NCBI GenBank assembly: GCA_040401815.1
Contig: JBBANT010000001.1
Coordinates: 34,521-98,520 of the forward strand
Direction: 5' to 3'
DNA length: 64,000 nt
DNA from: Ilumatobacteraceae bacterium
GTDB lineage: Bacteria > Actinomycetota > Acidimicrobiia > Acidimicrobiales > Ilumatobacteraceae
Shown here: piece after piece, positions 21,611 through 29,372 of the stretch
How positions within the stretch are numbered: the first letter of the stretch is position 1
How the letters are laid out: every line of letters starts with the position of its first letter
Notes under the pieces: model-generated
Told to the model about the DNA's origin: nothing
The model's input: the letters and a program-made list of their open reading frames with translations, nothing else
Databases searched by the model: none
Position numbers and translations under genes: made by a program

Positions 21611-21612
21611 CC

Positions 21613-22449
21613 GTGTCGTGGTGGCAGGCACTCATTCTTGGGGTGGTGCAGGGGCTTACTGAGTTTTTTCCGATTTCGTCGAGTGGTCACTTGCAACTCG
21701 TGCCGTGGTTGTTCGACTGGAACGATCTCGAAAGCGAATCGGTGAGCACGGCGTTTGATGCTGCATTACATCTGGGCACGCTGTTGGCGGTTGTCGTTGC
21801 GGTTCGCAGCGACCTCGTGTCGCTCGTCGTTTCCGGTGTGCGATACCCATTTGCCTCTGTCGCCACGCGTGCCACACTCCCGCATGGGCGGCTCGCGTGG
21901 TTATACGTGCTCACCGCTGTGCCAGCAGCAGTGGTCGGGGTGTTTTTTGACGATGTGATTGCCGAGCAACTCGGTGGCCCCGTCGTTATCGCCGTGTCGC
22001 TCATTGGGTTTGGGGCGGTGTTGTGGTGGGCTGATCGGCGCAGTGGCGATCGGGTTGCCGAGCAACTCACCACGCGCCACGCGCTGCTGATTGGCGCGGC
22101 ACAGGTGTTGTCGCTCAACCCGGGCACGTCGCGCTCGGGCATCACCATGTCGGCCATGCGCGCACTTGGCTATGGTCGCGCCGCAGCAGTGCGCATGTCG
22201 TTTGTGATTGGTGTGCCGATCATTGCTGGTGCTGGCGTGTGGAAGGTGGCCGGTTTGATAGCCGATGGTGTGCCCGAGGGACTTGCCTCGGCGATGCTCA
22301 TCGGCGTGACCACCGCAGCAATCACCGGATGGTTGGCAATCTCTGCGTTGCAGCGGCTTGCTGCACGCAGCGACTTCAATATTTTTGTGGTGTATCGCGT
22401 GGCGCTGGGCATTGCGGTGCTCGGCGTGGTGGCCACCAGTCTGCGTTAG
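21613..22449 (+). CDS. uppP: Undecaprenyl-diphosphate phosphatase
   Basis: WWQALILGVVQGLTEFFPISSSGHL and PGTSRSG motifs are present. The GTG at 21613 lies just after the vapC stop. The ORF-track start at 21514 overlaps vapC and is rejected. Confidence 0.92.
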   Translation: MSWWQALILGVVQGLTEFFPISSSGHLQLVPWLFDWNDLESESVSTAFDAALHLGTLLAVVVAVRSDLVSLVVSGVRYPFASVATRATLPHGRLAWLYVLTAVPAAVVGVFFDDVIAEQLGGPVVIAVSLIGFGAVLWWADRRSGDRVAEQLTTRHALLIGAAQVLSLNPGTSRSGITMSAMRALGYGRAAAVRMSFVIGVPIIAGAGVWKVAGLIADGVPEGLASAMLIGVTTAAITGWLAISALQRLAARSDFNIFVVYRVALGIAVLGVVATSLR

Positions 22450-22465
22450 CGAAACACGTCTTGCG

Positions 22466-22618
22466 TTAGCGCACGGTTATTGCCAGTACGTAACAGACCA
22501 CGCTGATCGCCACACCCGAGCCCAGCACGGTGCGCCGCAGCGATGTGTCGACGGCAAGTCGACGATCAAGTTGATAAAGCGCCGCAGTGGGCAACAGTCG
22601 ATGGATGAGTCTTTTCAT
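22466..22618 (-). CDS. Possible small membrane protein (50 aa), hypothetical
   Basis: MKRLIHRLL...VLGSGVAISVVCYVLAITVR has one hydrophobic C-terminal span. No recognisable family, so it could be spurious. Confidence 0.2.
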   Translation of the reverse strand: MKRLIHRLLPTAALYQLDRRLAVDTSLRRTVLGSGVAISVVCYVLAITVR

Positions 22619-22684
22619 ACCCGGCTGTGTGCGCGAGCCATGTCGAACAGGCGCCAGTAGTTCAGGCGCCGGCAATGAAGCCCG

Positions 22685-23047
22685 TCAGGTCGACGGTGTG
22701 CTGGGCGCGCTCGGTGCAGCAGCGCTGGTGCCACCAGAAGCCGCGGCGGTGCTGGAGCCACCAGTTCCACCCGAGCCACCGCCATCAGCCTTGGGTGCCG
22801 CAGCAGCACCCGAATCGGCACTTGTCGTGGTCGGGCTGGCAGCGGGCGACTTCTTTGCCCCACCCGAGTCGGTTTTGTAAAAGCCTGAGCCCTTGAACGT
22901 GACGCCCACGGGGGTGAACACCTTTTTTACGGGGCGAAGCACGCCGTCGCTCGGGTGTGGGGCCTCGGTGAGTGCGTCGTCTTCGAACGCTTGGCGAACC
23001 TCGATGGTTTCACCCGAGTCGATGAAGCGGTACACATAGGTCGGCAT
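22685..23047 (-). CDS. FmdB/Ruc-family protein lacking the zinc-ribbon cysteines, with a disordered Ser/Ala/Gly-rich tail
   Basis: MPTYVYRF...VTFKGSGFYKTD matches the FmdB family frame (MPxYxYxC..C...GSGFY), but no Cys is present. The gene is divergent from galU, like Rv0991c in M. tuberculosis. Confidence 0.75.
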   Translation of the reverse strand: MPTYVYRFIDSGETIEVRQAFEDDALTEAPHPSDGVLRPVKKVFTPVGVTFKGSGFYKTDSGGAKKSPAASPTTTSADSGAAAAPKADGGGSGGTGGSSTAAASGGTSAAAPSAPSTPST

Positions 23048-23073
23048 AGGGCAACAAAGTCTACGATGAGACA

Positions 23074-23874
23074 ATGCCCGTGCGCACTGCCGTGATCCCC
23101 GCGGCGGGCTTGGGCACCCGTTTTTTGCCGGCCACCAAGGTGGTGCCCAAAGAACTCCTGCCAGTGTTCGACACGCCGTCGCTGCAACACACGGTTGACG
23201 AAGCAATCGGCGCTGGCATTGACCACATTATCTTGGTGTCGAATCGCGCCAAGCCAGCCATCGAAGCATTTGCCGACAAAGCAAGTGGCGGTGCTCGCAT
23301 CACGGTGGTGTATCAAGACGCCCCCCGCGGCTTGGGCCACGCTGTGGAAATCACGCGCGAGTTGGTCGGCGACGCACCGTTTGCAGTGTTGTTGCCCGAC
23401 GAGTTAATGGGAGATAGTTCGCACCTGCAAGATCTCGTACGCGAACACGAAGCCACTGGTCAGACCGCAATTGGTGTGAAGCGCGTGCCGCGCAGCGAAG
23501 TGTCGGCCTACGGGTGCATCACACCCAAAGGTGTGCCCGATGCCAACGGTCGAGTTGGCGTGCGCGACGTGGTGGAAAAACCCAATGCGGTGGATGCACC
23601 GAGTGATTTGGTCATCATCGGTCGTTATGTGTTTAGTCGTCACATCTTTGGTTATCTCGCATCACTCAAACCTGCTGCTGGTGGCGAACTGCAATTGAGC
23701 GACGCAATCGGCGCCTATGCGCGCAAAGGCGGCGTTACCGGGGTGCTCATTTCGTGCACACGCCACGACACCGGCACGCCAATGGGCATGTTGACGGCGT
23801 CAATCGACGCAGCGCTGAAGCGCAGTAATGTTGGCCCGCAACTGCGAACATGGCTGGAAGGTCGTCTACGATGA
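23074..23874 (+). CDS. galU: UTP--glucose-1-phosphate uridylyltransferase
   Basis: AVIPAAGLGTRFLPATKVVPKELLPV, ...LPDEL... and IIGRYV motifs are present. Confidence 0.93.
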   Translation: MPVRTAVIPAAGLGTRFLPATKVVPKELLPVFDTPSLQHTVDEAIGAGIDHIILVSNRAKPAIEAFADKASGGARITVVYQDAPRGLGHAVEITRELVGDAPFAVLLPDELMGDSSHLQDLVREHEATGQTAIGVKRVPRSEVSAYGCITPKGVPDANGRVGVRDVVEKPNAVDAPSDLVIIGRYVFSRHIFGYLASLKPAAGGELQLSDAIGAYARKGGVTGVLISCTRHDTGTPMGMLTASIDAALKRSNVGPQLRTWLEGRLR

Positions 23875-25106
23875 GCACACTGATCAACGAAGTTGGTGCC
23901 ACCGAAGCAGGTTTCGACACCAAGCGTTTGCGACACCTCGACAGCCATTTCGAGCAATATGTGGATGACGGTCGTCTGCCTGGTTTTCATCTTGTGGTGT
24001 CGCGGCACGGCAAAGTGGCCCATCAACATCGCTATGGCATGCGCGATGTCGAAGCCTCGCTACCAATCGATGCCGACACGATTTATCGCATCTATTCGAT
24101 GACCAAGCCCGTCACGTCGGTGGCACTCATGATGTTGGTCGAAGAGGGCCGACTGCTACTGACCGATCCGGTGAGCAAGTTCATCCCATCGTTTGGTGCA
24201 GCACGCGTGTGGCGTGGTGGTTCGGTGGTCAAGCCGGTGACCGAACCCATCACCGAGCCAATGTTGGTGTGGCATTTGCTCACACATACTGCGGGCCTGA
24301 CATACGGGTTTTTGTATCAGTCGCCGGTGGATGACATATATCGACGCGCTGGCTACGAGTGGGGTGCGCCACGCGGCACCACTCTCGAGCAGGCATGCGA
24401 GACGTGGGCATCGCTGCCACTGCTGTTTCAGCCCGGCACCGAATGGAACTACAGCGTGGCCACCGACGTGGTGGGTCGACTTGTCGAGGTGATTTCTGGG
24501 CAAAGCCTTGATGAGTTTTTCGCGCAGCGAATTTTTGCACCACTCGGCATGCACGACACCGGCTTTTTTGTGCCCGAAGAAAAAGCCAATCGTGTTGCGG
24601 CGCTGTATCAACCCGACCCGGCGACCAAACAAGCCAAGCGACTCGATGCCATGGGCAAAGCGGTATTGCATCGCCCCTCATTTTTTGGTGGCGGTGGTGG
24701 GTTGGCGTCGACGGCCCGCGACTATCACCGCTTTATGTCGATGTTGGCCAACGGTGGCGAATTCGATGGCACACATCTGTTGTCATCGCGCACGTTGCGG
24801 TTGATGACGTCAAATCATCTGCCCAACAACATGGATCTAACAGAGTTTGGCCGACCGCTCGACGCTGAAACAACCGATGACGGTGTGGGTTTCGGGTTGG
24901 GGTTCTCGGTGTTGGTGAACCCGGCCAAGGCAAGAGCACACGGCTCGCTTGGAGATTTTGGTTGGAGTGGGGCAGCGAGCACCACGTTTTGGGTCGATCA
25001 CTTAGAGGGCATCACCGCTGCGTTCTACACACAACTGTTGCCGTCGAGCACGTGGCCGATTCGGCCGTATTTCAAGAATCTGGTGTATCAAGCACTCGTC
25101 GCGTAA
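23871..25106 (+). CDS. Serine hydrolase, beta-lactamase/transpeptidase-like family
   Basis: S-x-x-K motif in YSMTKPVTS and a ...LTHTAGL... motif. It makes an ATGA overlap with galU. Confidence 0.85.
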   Translation: MSTLINEVGATEAGFDTKRLRHLDSHFEQYVDDGRLPGFHLVVSRHGKVAHQHRYGMRDVEASLPIDADTIYRIYSMTKPVTSVALMMLVEEGRLLLTDPVSKFIPSFGAARVWRGGSVVKPVTEPITEPMLVWHLLTHTAGLTYGFLYQSPVDDIYRRAGYEWGAPRGTTLEQACETWASLPLLFQPGTEWNYSVATDVVGRLVEVISGQSLDEFFAQRIFAPLGMHDTGFFVPEEKANRVAALYQPDPATKQAKRLDAMGKAVLHRPSFFGGGGGLASTARDYHRFMSMLANGGEFDGTHLLSSRTLRLMTSNHLPNNMDLTEFGRPLDAETTDDGVGFGLGFSVLVNPAKARAHGSLGDFGWSGAASTTFWVDHLEGITAAFYTQLLPSSTWPIRPYFKNLVYQALVA

Positions 25107-25659
25107 ACGCACCCGGCTCGTTGAGCACCAAACCATATTCGTCGAGTTCGGCTTCAACTTCGCGTGCACAGTATGGGCTCAGATACCGCCATCGGCGGGC
25201 GTCGAGCCGCGCAAAGGTGCGTTGTTGTGCCGACACCTCAAGAGTCTCTACGTCCACCACGGCAACCGTGAGGTTGGCGGCGTGCGAGTCGTGCAAGGGC
25301 AAGCGTTTGATGATGGCCGACGTGGTAAACGGGTTCATCCGTAACTCGATGTCGGTGCAGCCGTCGAGTTCGGTGCGATGAGCGCCGTTCATTTCGCCCC
25401 AGTGCCCAGAGCGGTCACGGCCGAGCCATAAGTCGGGTTCGTCCATGTCGCGAAACAGCATGAACTGCTGCACGACCAAACTGGCGGAGAGTCGTATGAC
25501 GAATTGTGCTTCGTCGCGCCCGAGCGTGCCTTGGGCGGTCCATCCTTCGTTTTCGAATCGCACTTCAAGTTCGCTGGTCGAGCCGTCGGCAAGATCCCAC
25601 GCAACATGCAGCGGCGATTGTGGAAACGGGGCAAAGGTGGCCACATCACAGCCTCGCAC
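25072..25659 (-). CDS. Putative glycolipid-binding domain protein (DUF1089-like)
   Basis: GCTDIELRMNPFTTSAIIKRLPL...RWRYLS...EAELDEYGLVLNEPGAFTRR fits that family. The start is GTG 25659 or GTG 25644. The remainder of the 554-aa ORF is an antisense shadow of moeA. Confidence 0.7.
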   Translation of the reverse strand: MRGCDVATFAPFPQSPLHVAWDLADGSTSELEVRFENEGWTAQGTLGRDEAQFVIRLSASLVVQQFMLFRDMDEPDLWLGRDRSGHWGEMNGAHRTELDGCTDIELRMNPFTTSAIIKRLPLHDSHAANLTVAVVDVETLEVSAQQRTFARLDARRWRYLSPYCAREVEAELDEYGLVLNEPGAFTRRVLDTPDS

Positions 25660-25690
25660 GACACGCTGCGTGCCAGATACCGTCCAAGAG

Positions 25691-26905
25691 GTGATCCCGC
25701 TCAGCGAAGCGCAACAACGTGTGCTCGACGGGGTTGCCCCGCTTAGCCCGGTGCAAATTGCCTGCAATCTTGCGGCCGGTTTGGTGCTGGCGCAAGACGT
25801 GGTGGCTAGTGAACATGTGCCGCCGTTTGCCAACACAGCCGTGGATGGTTTTGCGGTGCGCGCAGCCGATGTTGCACACGCGCCGGTCGAGCTGCGGGTG
25901 ATTGGCACGTGTGCTGCCGGTGACGGCACCGAGTGGCACGTGGGTGCAGGCGAAGCGCTGCGCATTATGACTGGTGCGCCGATGCCCACCGGCGCCGATG
26001 CCGTGGTGATGGTCGAAGATTGTGAGCAGCCAACCCGCGAGCGTGTGCAGGTGGGCAAGTCGGTTGCCGTGGGTGCAGCGGTGCGACCTGTTGCCGATGA
26101 TGTGCGCGCTGGCGACACGGTGTTTGGCGCAGGCAGCGTGCTGAACGCCGCCGGGGCAGGTGTGTTGTCGAGCATGAATGCCCGCCAGGTGCTGGTGTAT
26201 CCGCGGGCCAAAGTGGCGTTGCTATCGACTGGTGATGAACTCGTCACCGATGGCTCGCCGCTCAGCCGCGGCCAAATTCGCGAAAGCAATCTCACGATGC
26301 TCGAGATTTTGATTGCAGGTTCGCAATGTGAAGTCACCAATCTTGGTGTGGTCGCCGACGACGAGGCGTTGCTCGAGCGCACCTTGCGCCACGCGGCGAG
26401 CACACACGATGCAATTGTCACCAGTGGTGGTGTGAGCATGGGCGACTTTGACGTGGTCAAAGCCGTGCTGTCGCGCATTGCCGAAATGCAGTGGATGCAG
26501 ATGGCAGTGAAACCTGCCAAGCCGTTTGCTTTCGGCTTGCTCAGCGACGCACAACGGCGCGTGCCGGTGTTTGGTTTGCCGGGCAACCCCGTGTCGTCGA
26601 TGATTAGTTTCGAGTTGCTCGCGCGCCCCGCCTTGCGCAAGATGATGGGGCACACGCAACATTTGCTGCGCCCAACGGTTCGCGCCGTGGCCGATGCACC
26701 GCTGCGACGCAAGCCCGATGGCAAAGTGCATTTCATGCGTGTGTTCGCGCATTTTGCCGACGACGGGCGATTGCATGTGCGCGACTCGGGCCCGCAAGGC
26801 AGCCATCAACTGGCAGCCACCGCGACGGCCAACGGCCTGGCATTCGTGCCCGACGGCGCCGGCATCGACGCTGGTGGCAGCGTGGATGTGCTGTTGCTCG
26901 CCTAA
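25691..26905 (+). CDS. moeA: Molybdopterin molybdotransferase MoeA
   Basis: IPLSEAQQRVL...PPFANTAVDGFAVRAADV...IMTGAPMP...STGDELV...TSGGVSMGDFD...GLPGNPVSS. The start is GTG 25691 (or 25670). Confidence 0.92.
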   Translation: MIPLSEAQQRVLDGVAPLSPVQIACNLAAGLVLAQDVVASEHVPPFANTAVDGFAVRAADVAHAPVELRVIGTCAAGDGTEWHVGAGEALRIMTGAPMPTGADAVVMVEDCEQPTRERVQVGKSVAVGAAVRPVADDVRAGDTVFGAGSVLNAAGAGVLSSMNARQVLVYPRAKVALLSTGDELVTDGSPLSRGQIRESNLTMLEILIAGSQCEVTNLGVVADDEALLERTLRHAASTHDAIVTSGGVSMGDFDVVKAVLSRIAEMQWMQMAVKPAKPFAFGLLSDAQRRVPVFGLPGNPVSSMISFELLARPALRKMMGHTQHLLRPTVRAVADAPLRRKPDGKVHFMRVFAHFADDGRLHVRDSGPQGSHQLAATATANGLAFVPDGAGIDAGGSVDVLLLA

Positions 26906-26939
26906 GGCGGCATGAAGTCAGCGGGCGTAGGCTTTGGCC

Positions 26940-27977
26940 ATGTCGAGCGGCCTCAAGCCCGAACTCATCGACTCGTTCGGGCGCACAGTGCGCGACTTGC
27001 GCATTTCGGTAACCGACCGCTGCAACTTTCGCTGCACCTATTGCATGCCCGAAGAAGGCATGGTGTGGTTGCCGCGCACCGAAGTGTTGACCTATGAAGA
27101 AATCGCCCGCGTTGCACGCATCTGTGTCGAGCGTTTTGGGGTGGATGGCATTCGCCTCACCGGTGGTGAGCCCACCGTGCGGGCCCACCTTACGAAACTG
27201 ATTTCAGCACTCGCCGTGCTCACCGTGCCCGCCACCGCTGATTCGCCGCTGGCGGGCCAGCCCATTGACTTGGCGGTCACCACCAATGGCGCCACGCTCG
27301 CGTTGGTGGCCGCCGACTTGAAGCGTGCCGGTTTGCGGCGCATCAACGTGAGCCTCGACACGTTGAACCGCGAAAAGTTCAAGCAGATCACCAAGCGTGA
27401 CGAACTCGCCTCGGTGCTCGAAGGTATCGATGCTGCAATTGCCGTGGGTATGGCGCCGGTAAAGGTGAATGCCGTCGTGCAACGCGGGGTGAACGACGAC
27501 GAAATCATCGCTCTCGCCACTTTTGGTCGTGAAAAAAACATCGAGGTGCGGTTTATCGAGTTCATGCCGCTTGATGCCCAAGGTGGCTGGTTGAACAACG
27601 CAGTGGTCGGCCAAGACGAGATCGTGTCGACTATTAACGAGGTGTTTGCGCTCGAGCAGATTGCCAGTCGTGGTGCTGCACCGGCAGATCGCTGGCGGTA
27701 TCTCGACGGCAAGGGCACGGTGGGTGTGATACCAACGGTTACCAAGCCGTTCTGCGGCGATTGCGATCGGGTGAGGCTCACCGCCGACGGGCAGTTTCGC
27801 ACCTGTTTGTTTGCCACCGACGAATACGACGTGCGGGCCCTGTTGCGCAACGGTGCAGATGACGATGCAATCGAAGCGTTGTTGCGTGGCGCGGTGGGCG
27901 AAAAGTGGGCGGGCCACACCATCGGTCAGGTGTCGTTTGTTCGTCCGCGTCGATCCATGAGCCAAATCGGAGGCTGA
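26940..27977 (+). CDS. moaA: GTP 3',8-cyclase MoaA (radical SAM)
   Basis: RISVTDRCNFRCTYCMPEEG radical-SAM cluster motif and a C-terminal FCGDCDRVRLTADG. The ATG at 26940 is preferred over the TTG at 26934. Confidence 0.95.
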   Translation: MSSGLKPELIDSFGRTVRDLRISVTDRCNFRCTYCMPEEGMVWLPRTEVLTYEEIARVARICVERFGVDGIRLTGGEPTVRAHLTKLISALAVLTVPATADSPLAGQPIDLAVTTNGATLALVAADLKRAGLRRINVSLDTLNREKFKQITKRDELASVLEGIDAAIAVGMAPVKVNAVVQRGVNDDEIIALATFGREKNIEVRFIEFMPLDAQGGWLNNAVVGQDEIVSTINEVFALEQIASRGAAPADRWRYLDGKGTVGVIPTVTKPFCGDCDRVRLTADGQFRTCLFATDEYDVRALLRNGADDDAIEALLRGAVGEKWAGHTIGQVSFVRPRRSMSQIGG

Positions 27978-27980
27978 CTT

Positions 27981-28026
27981 TGTTGATGCTCGCCATGTTG
28001 AAACTCGCCATGTTGAAGGCTCGCCA
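27981..28026. repeat. Three tandem copies of a 15-16-bp unit TGTTGA-NN(N)-CTCGCCA spanning the moaA-moaC junction
   Basis: Read directly: tgttgatgctcgcca / tgttgaaactcgcca / tgttgaaggctcgcca, then tgtctgacgccca. The A ending the last unit is the first base of the moaC ATG. Confidence 0.9.
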
Positions 28027-28508
28027 TGTCTGACGCCCAGTTTTCGCACCTCGACCCGCTCGGTCGCGCGCGCATGGTGGATGTAACACCCAAAGAGCCC
28101 ACTCATCGTCGTGCTGTGGCGCGCTGCAAAGTGTTCATGCAGCCGGCAACCACCGCAGCAGTCGCGAATCGCGAAGTAAAAAAGGGCGACGTGTTGGCAG
28201 TGGCGCGCGTGGCGGGCATTCAGGCAGCCAAGCGCACCAGCGACATGATTCCGCTGTGTCATCCACTGTTGATTGGCGCCGTCACCATTAACTTCGAAAT
28301 CGGCGACACGTGGGTGGCAGTCGAGTGCCATGTAGACACCATCGATCGCACCGGGGTGGAAATGGAAGCCCTGCACGCTTGTTCGGTGGCTGCCCTGACC
28401 ATTTATGACATGTGCAAAAGTGCCGACCGCGAGATGGTCATTGGCGAGCTCACCCTGTGGGAAAAGTCGGGTGGGCGCCAAGGCACCTACCGTCGCACCG
28501 CCCCGTAA
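28026..28508 (+). CDS. moaC: Cyclic pyranopterin monophosphate synthase MoaC
   Basis: HLDPLGRARMVDVTPKEPT...MIPLCHPL...TGVEMEAL motifs are present. Confidence 0.95.
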   Translation: MSDAQFSHLDPLGRARMVDVTPKEPTHRRAVARCKVFMQPATTAAVANREVKKGDVLAVARVAGIQAAKRTSDMIPLCHPLLIGAVTINFEIGDTWVAVECHVDTIDRTGVEMEALHACSVAALTIYDMCKSADREMVIGELTLWEKSGGRQGTYRRTAP

Positions 28509-28634
28509 TTACCCCGTAACTAGGCAGCGGCCCGCTTCGAGGGGGCTAGGGCAAGAGGACTGGGCCTAGGGCCTGGGCCCAGGGCTGGGCAGCCTGCCGG
28601 CTGTCATCAAACCGTCATAGACTGAGTGCACTGT

Positions 28635-29189
28635 ATGGGCAACCTGATTTTGGTGCTTGTCGCTGCCGCCTGGGCGGCCGTTTTGGTGCCCCCGCTGGTG
28701 CGTTCACGCCTGCGTAACTCGCCAAACACCTCGGTTACCCAGTTTCGCCGCCAGTTGTCGTCGCTCCAGCAGGGTGGCCGTGGGCTGTCTCGTTCGGGTT
28801 CGTTGCCGGTGGGTTCGATGCGCAGCCCGCTGCGTGACGCTGCCCGCCCCTTTGCCCCTGCGGCCCGGGCGGTGGGTCGCCCGTTGCGTCAGGTGGGCCA
28901 TGCCACTTCGTCGGTGGTGCGTCCGCGTGGCACCCGCCAGCATGCCCGTTTTGAGGGTGAGTTTTTCGAGCGCGAACTGATTCGCCGTCGTCGCCAAAAT
29001 TGGCTCTTGGGCTTGGCTGGCACCACTGGCATGTCGTTGTTGTTGGCTCTGGCGATGCGAGAGATGTTTTTTGTGTGGACTTTCACCGTGGCGGCGTTGG
29101 CCACCGCGGCGTATTGCTATGTGTTGGTGCAGTGGCGAGTCAAGCGCGATCACGAGCGCTATCGCCGCCAGTTCCGCCGCGTTGCCTGA
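28635..29189 (+). CDS. Hypothetical membrane protein
   Basis: An N-terminal hydrophobic span (GNLILVLVAAAWAAVLVPPLV), an Arg-rich middle and two C-terminal spans. No family was recognised. The ATG at 28635 is preferred over the GTG at 28626. Confidence 0.5.
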   Translation: MGNLILVLVAAAWAAVLVPPLVRSRLRNSPNTSVTQFRRQLSSLQQGGRGLSRSGSLPVGSMRSPLRDAARPFAPAARAVGRPLRQVGHATSSVVRPRGTRQHARFEGEFFERELIRRRRQNWLLGLAGTTGMSLLLALAMREMFFVWTFTVAALATAAYCYVLVQWRVKRDHERYRRQFRRVA

Positions 29190-29230
29190 TGGGTTCGCGC
29201 CCGAGGCGCAGCGGTAGCGTAAGCGCCCGC

Positions 29231-29303
29231 GGGGCTGTAGCTCAGTTGGTAGAGCGGTACGTTCGCAATGTACAGGCCAGGGGTTCAATTCCCCTCAGCT
29301 CCA
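29231..29303 (+). tRNA. tRNA-Ala (anticodon CGC)
   Basis: The cloverleaf was folded by hand. The acceptor GGGGCTG/CAGCTCC carries the G3:U70 alanine identity pair, the anticodon loop is TT-CGC-AA and the T-loop is GGTTCAATTCC. No CCA is encoded. Confidence 0.93.
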
Positions 29304-29372
29304 CAAGTAGCGCCACGGTGGGCGGGTGAGCAATACTCATAATCACCACCAATGGTGGTGAGGGGGCTCACA

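Noticed and set aside
21514-21612. An N-terminal extension of the uppP ORF (the track start at 21514). Similar track extensions occur for rplM, tsaE, dus, coxS, ppx, the ABC ATPase and the second permease.
   Set aside because: The extensions overlap the preceding conserved gene and lack homology to the family N-termini. Internal ATG/GTG starts that abut the upstream stop fit better.
25660-26736. The upstream two-thirds of a 554-aa minus-strand ORF.
   Set aside because: It lies antisense to moeA. Its translation is Ser/Ala/Thr/Pro-rich with no motifs, as is typical of high-GC shadow frames. Only the last ~195 codons (25072-25659) look like a real gene, the glycolipid-binding family protein.
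28553-28595. A GGGCC/GGGCT-rich low-complexity stretch after moaC that includes a 12-nt perfect palindrome CCTGGGCCCAGG (28572-28583).
   Set aside because: There are no regular repeat-spacer units, so it is not CRISPR. There is no second copy in the window, and the stem is too short and loop-less for a confident terminator. It is noted only as intergenic low complexity.
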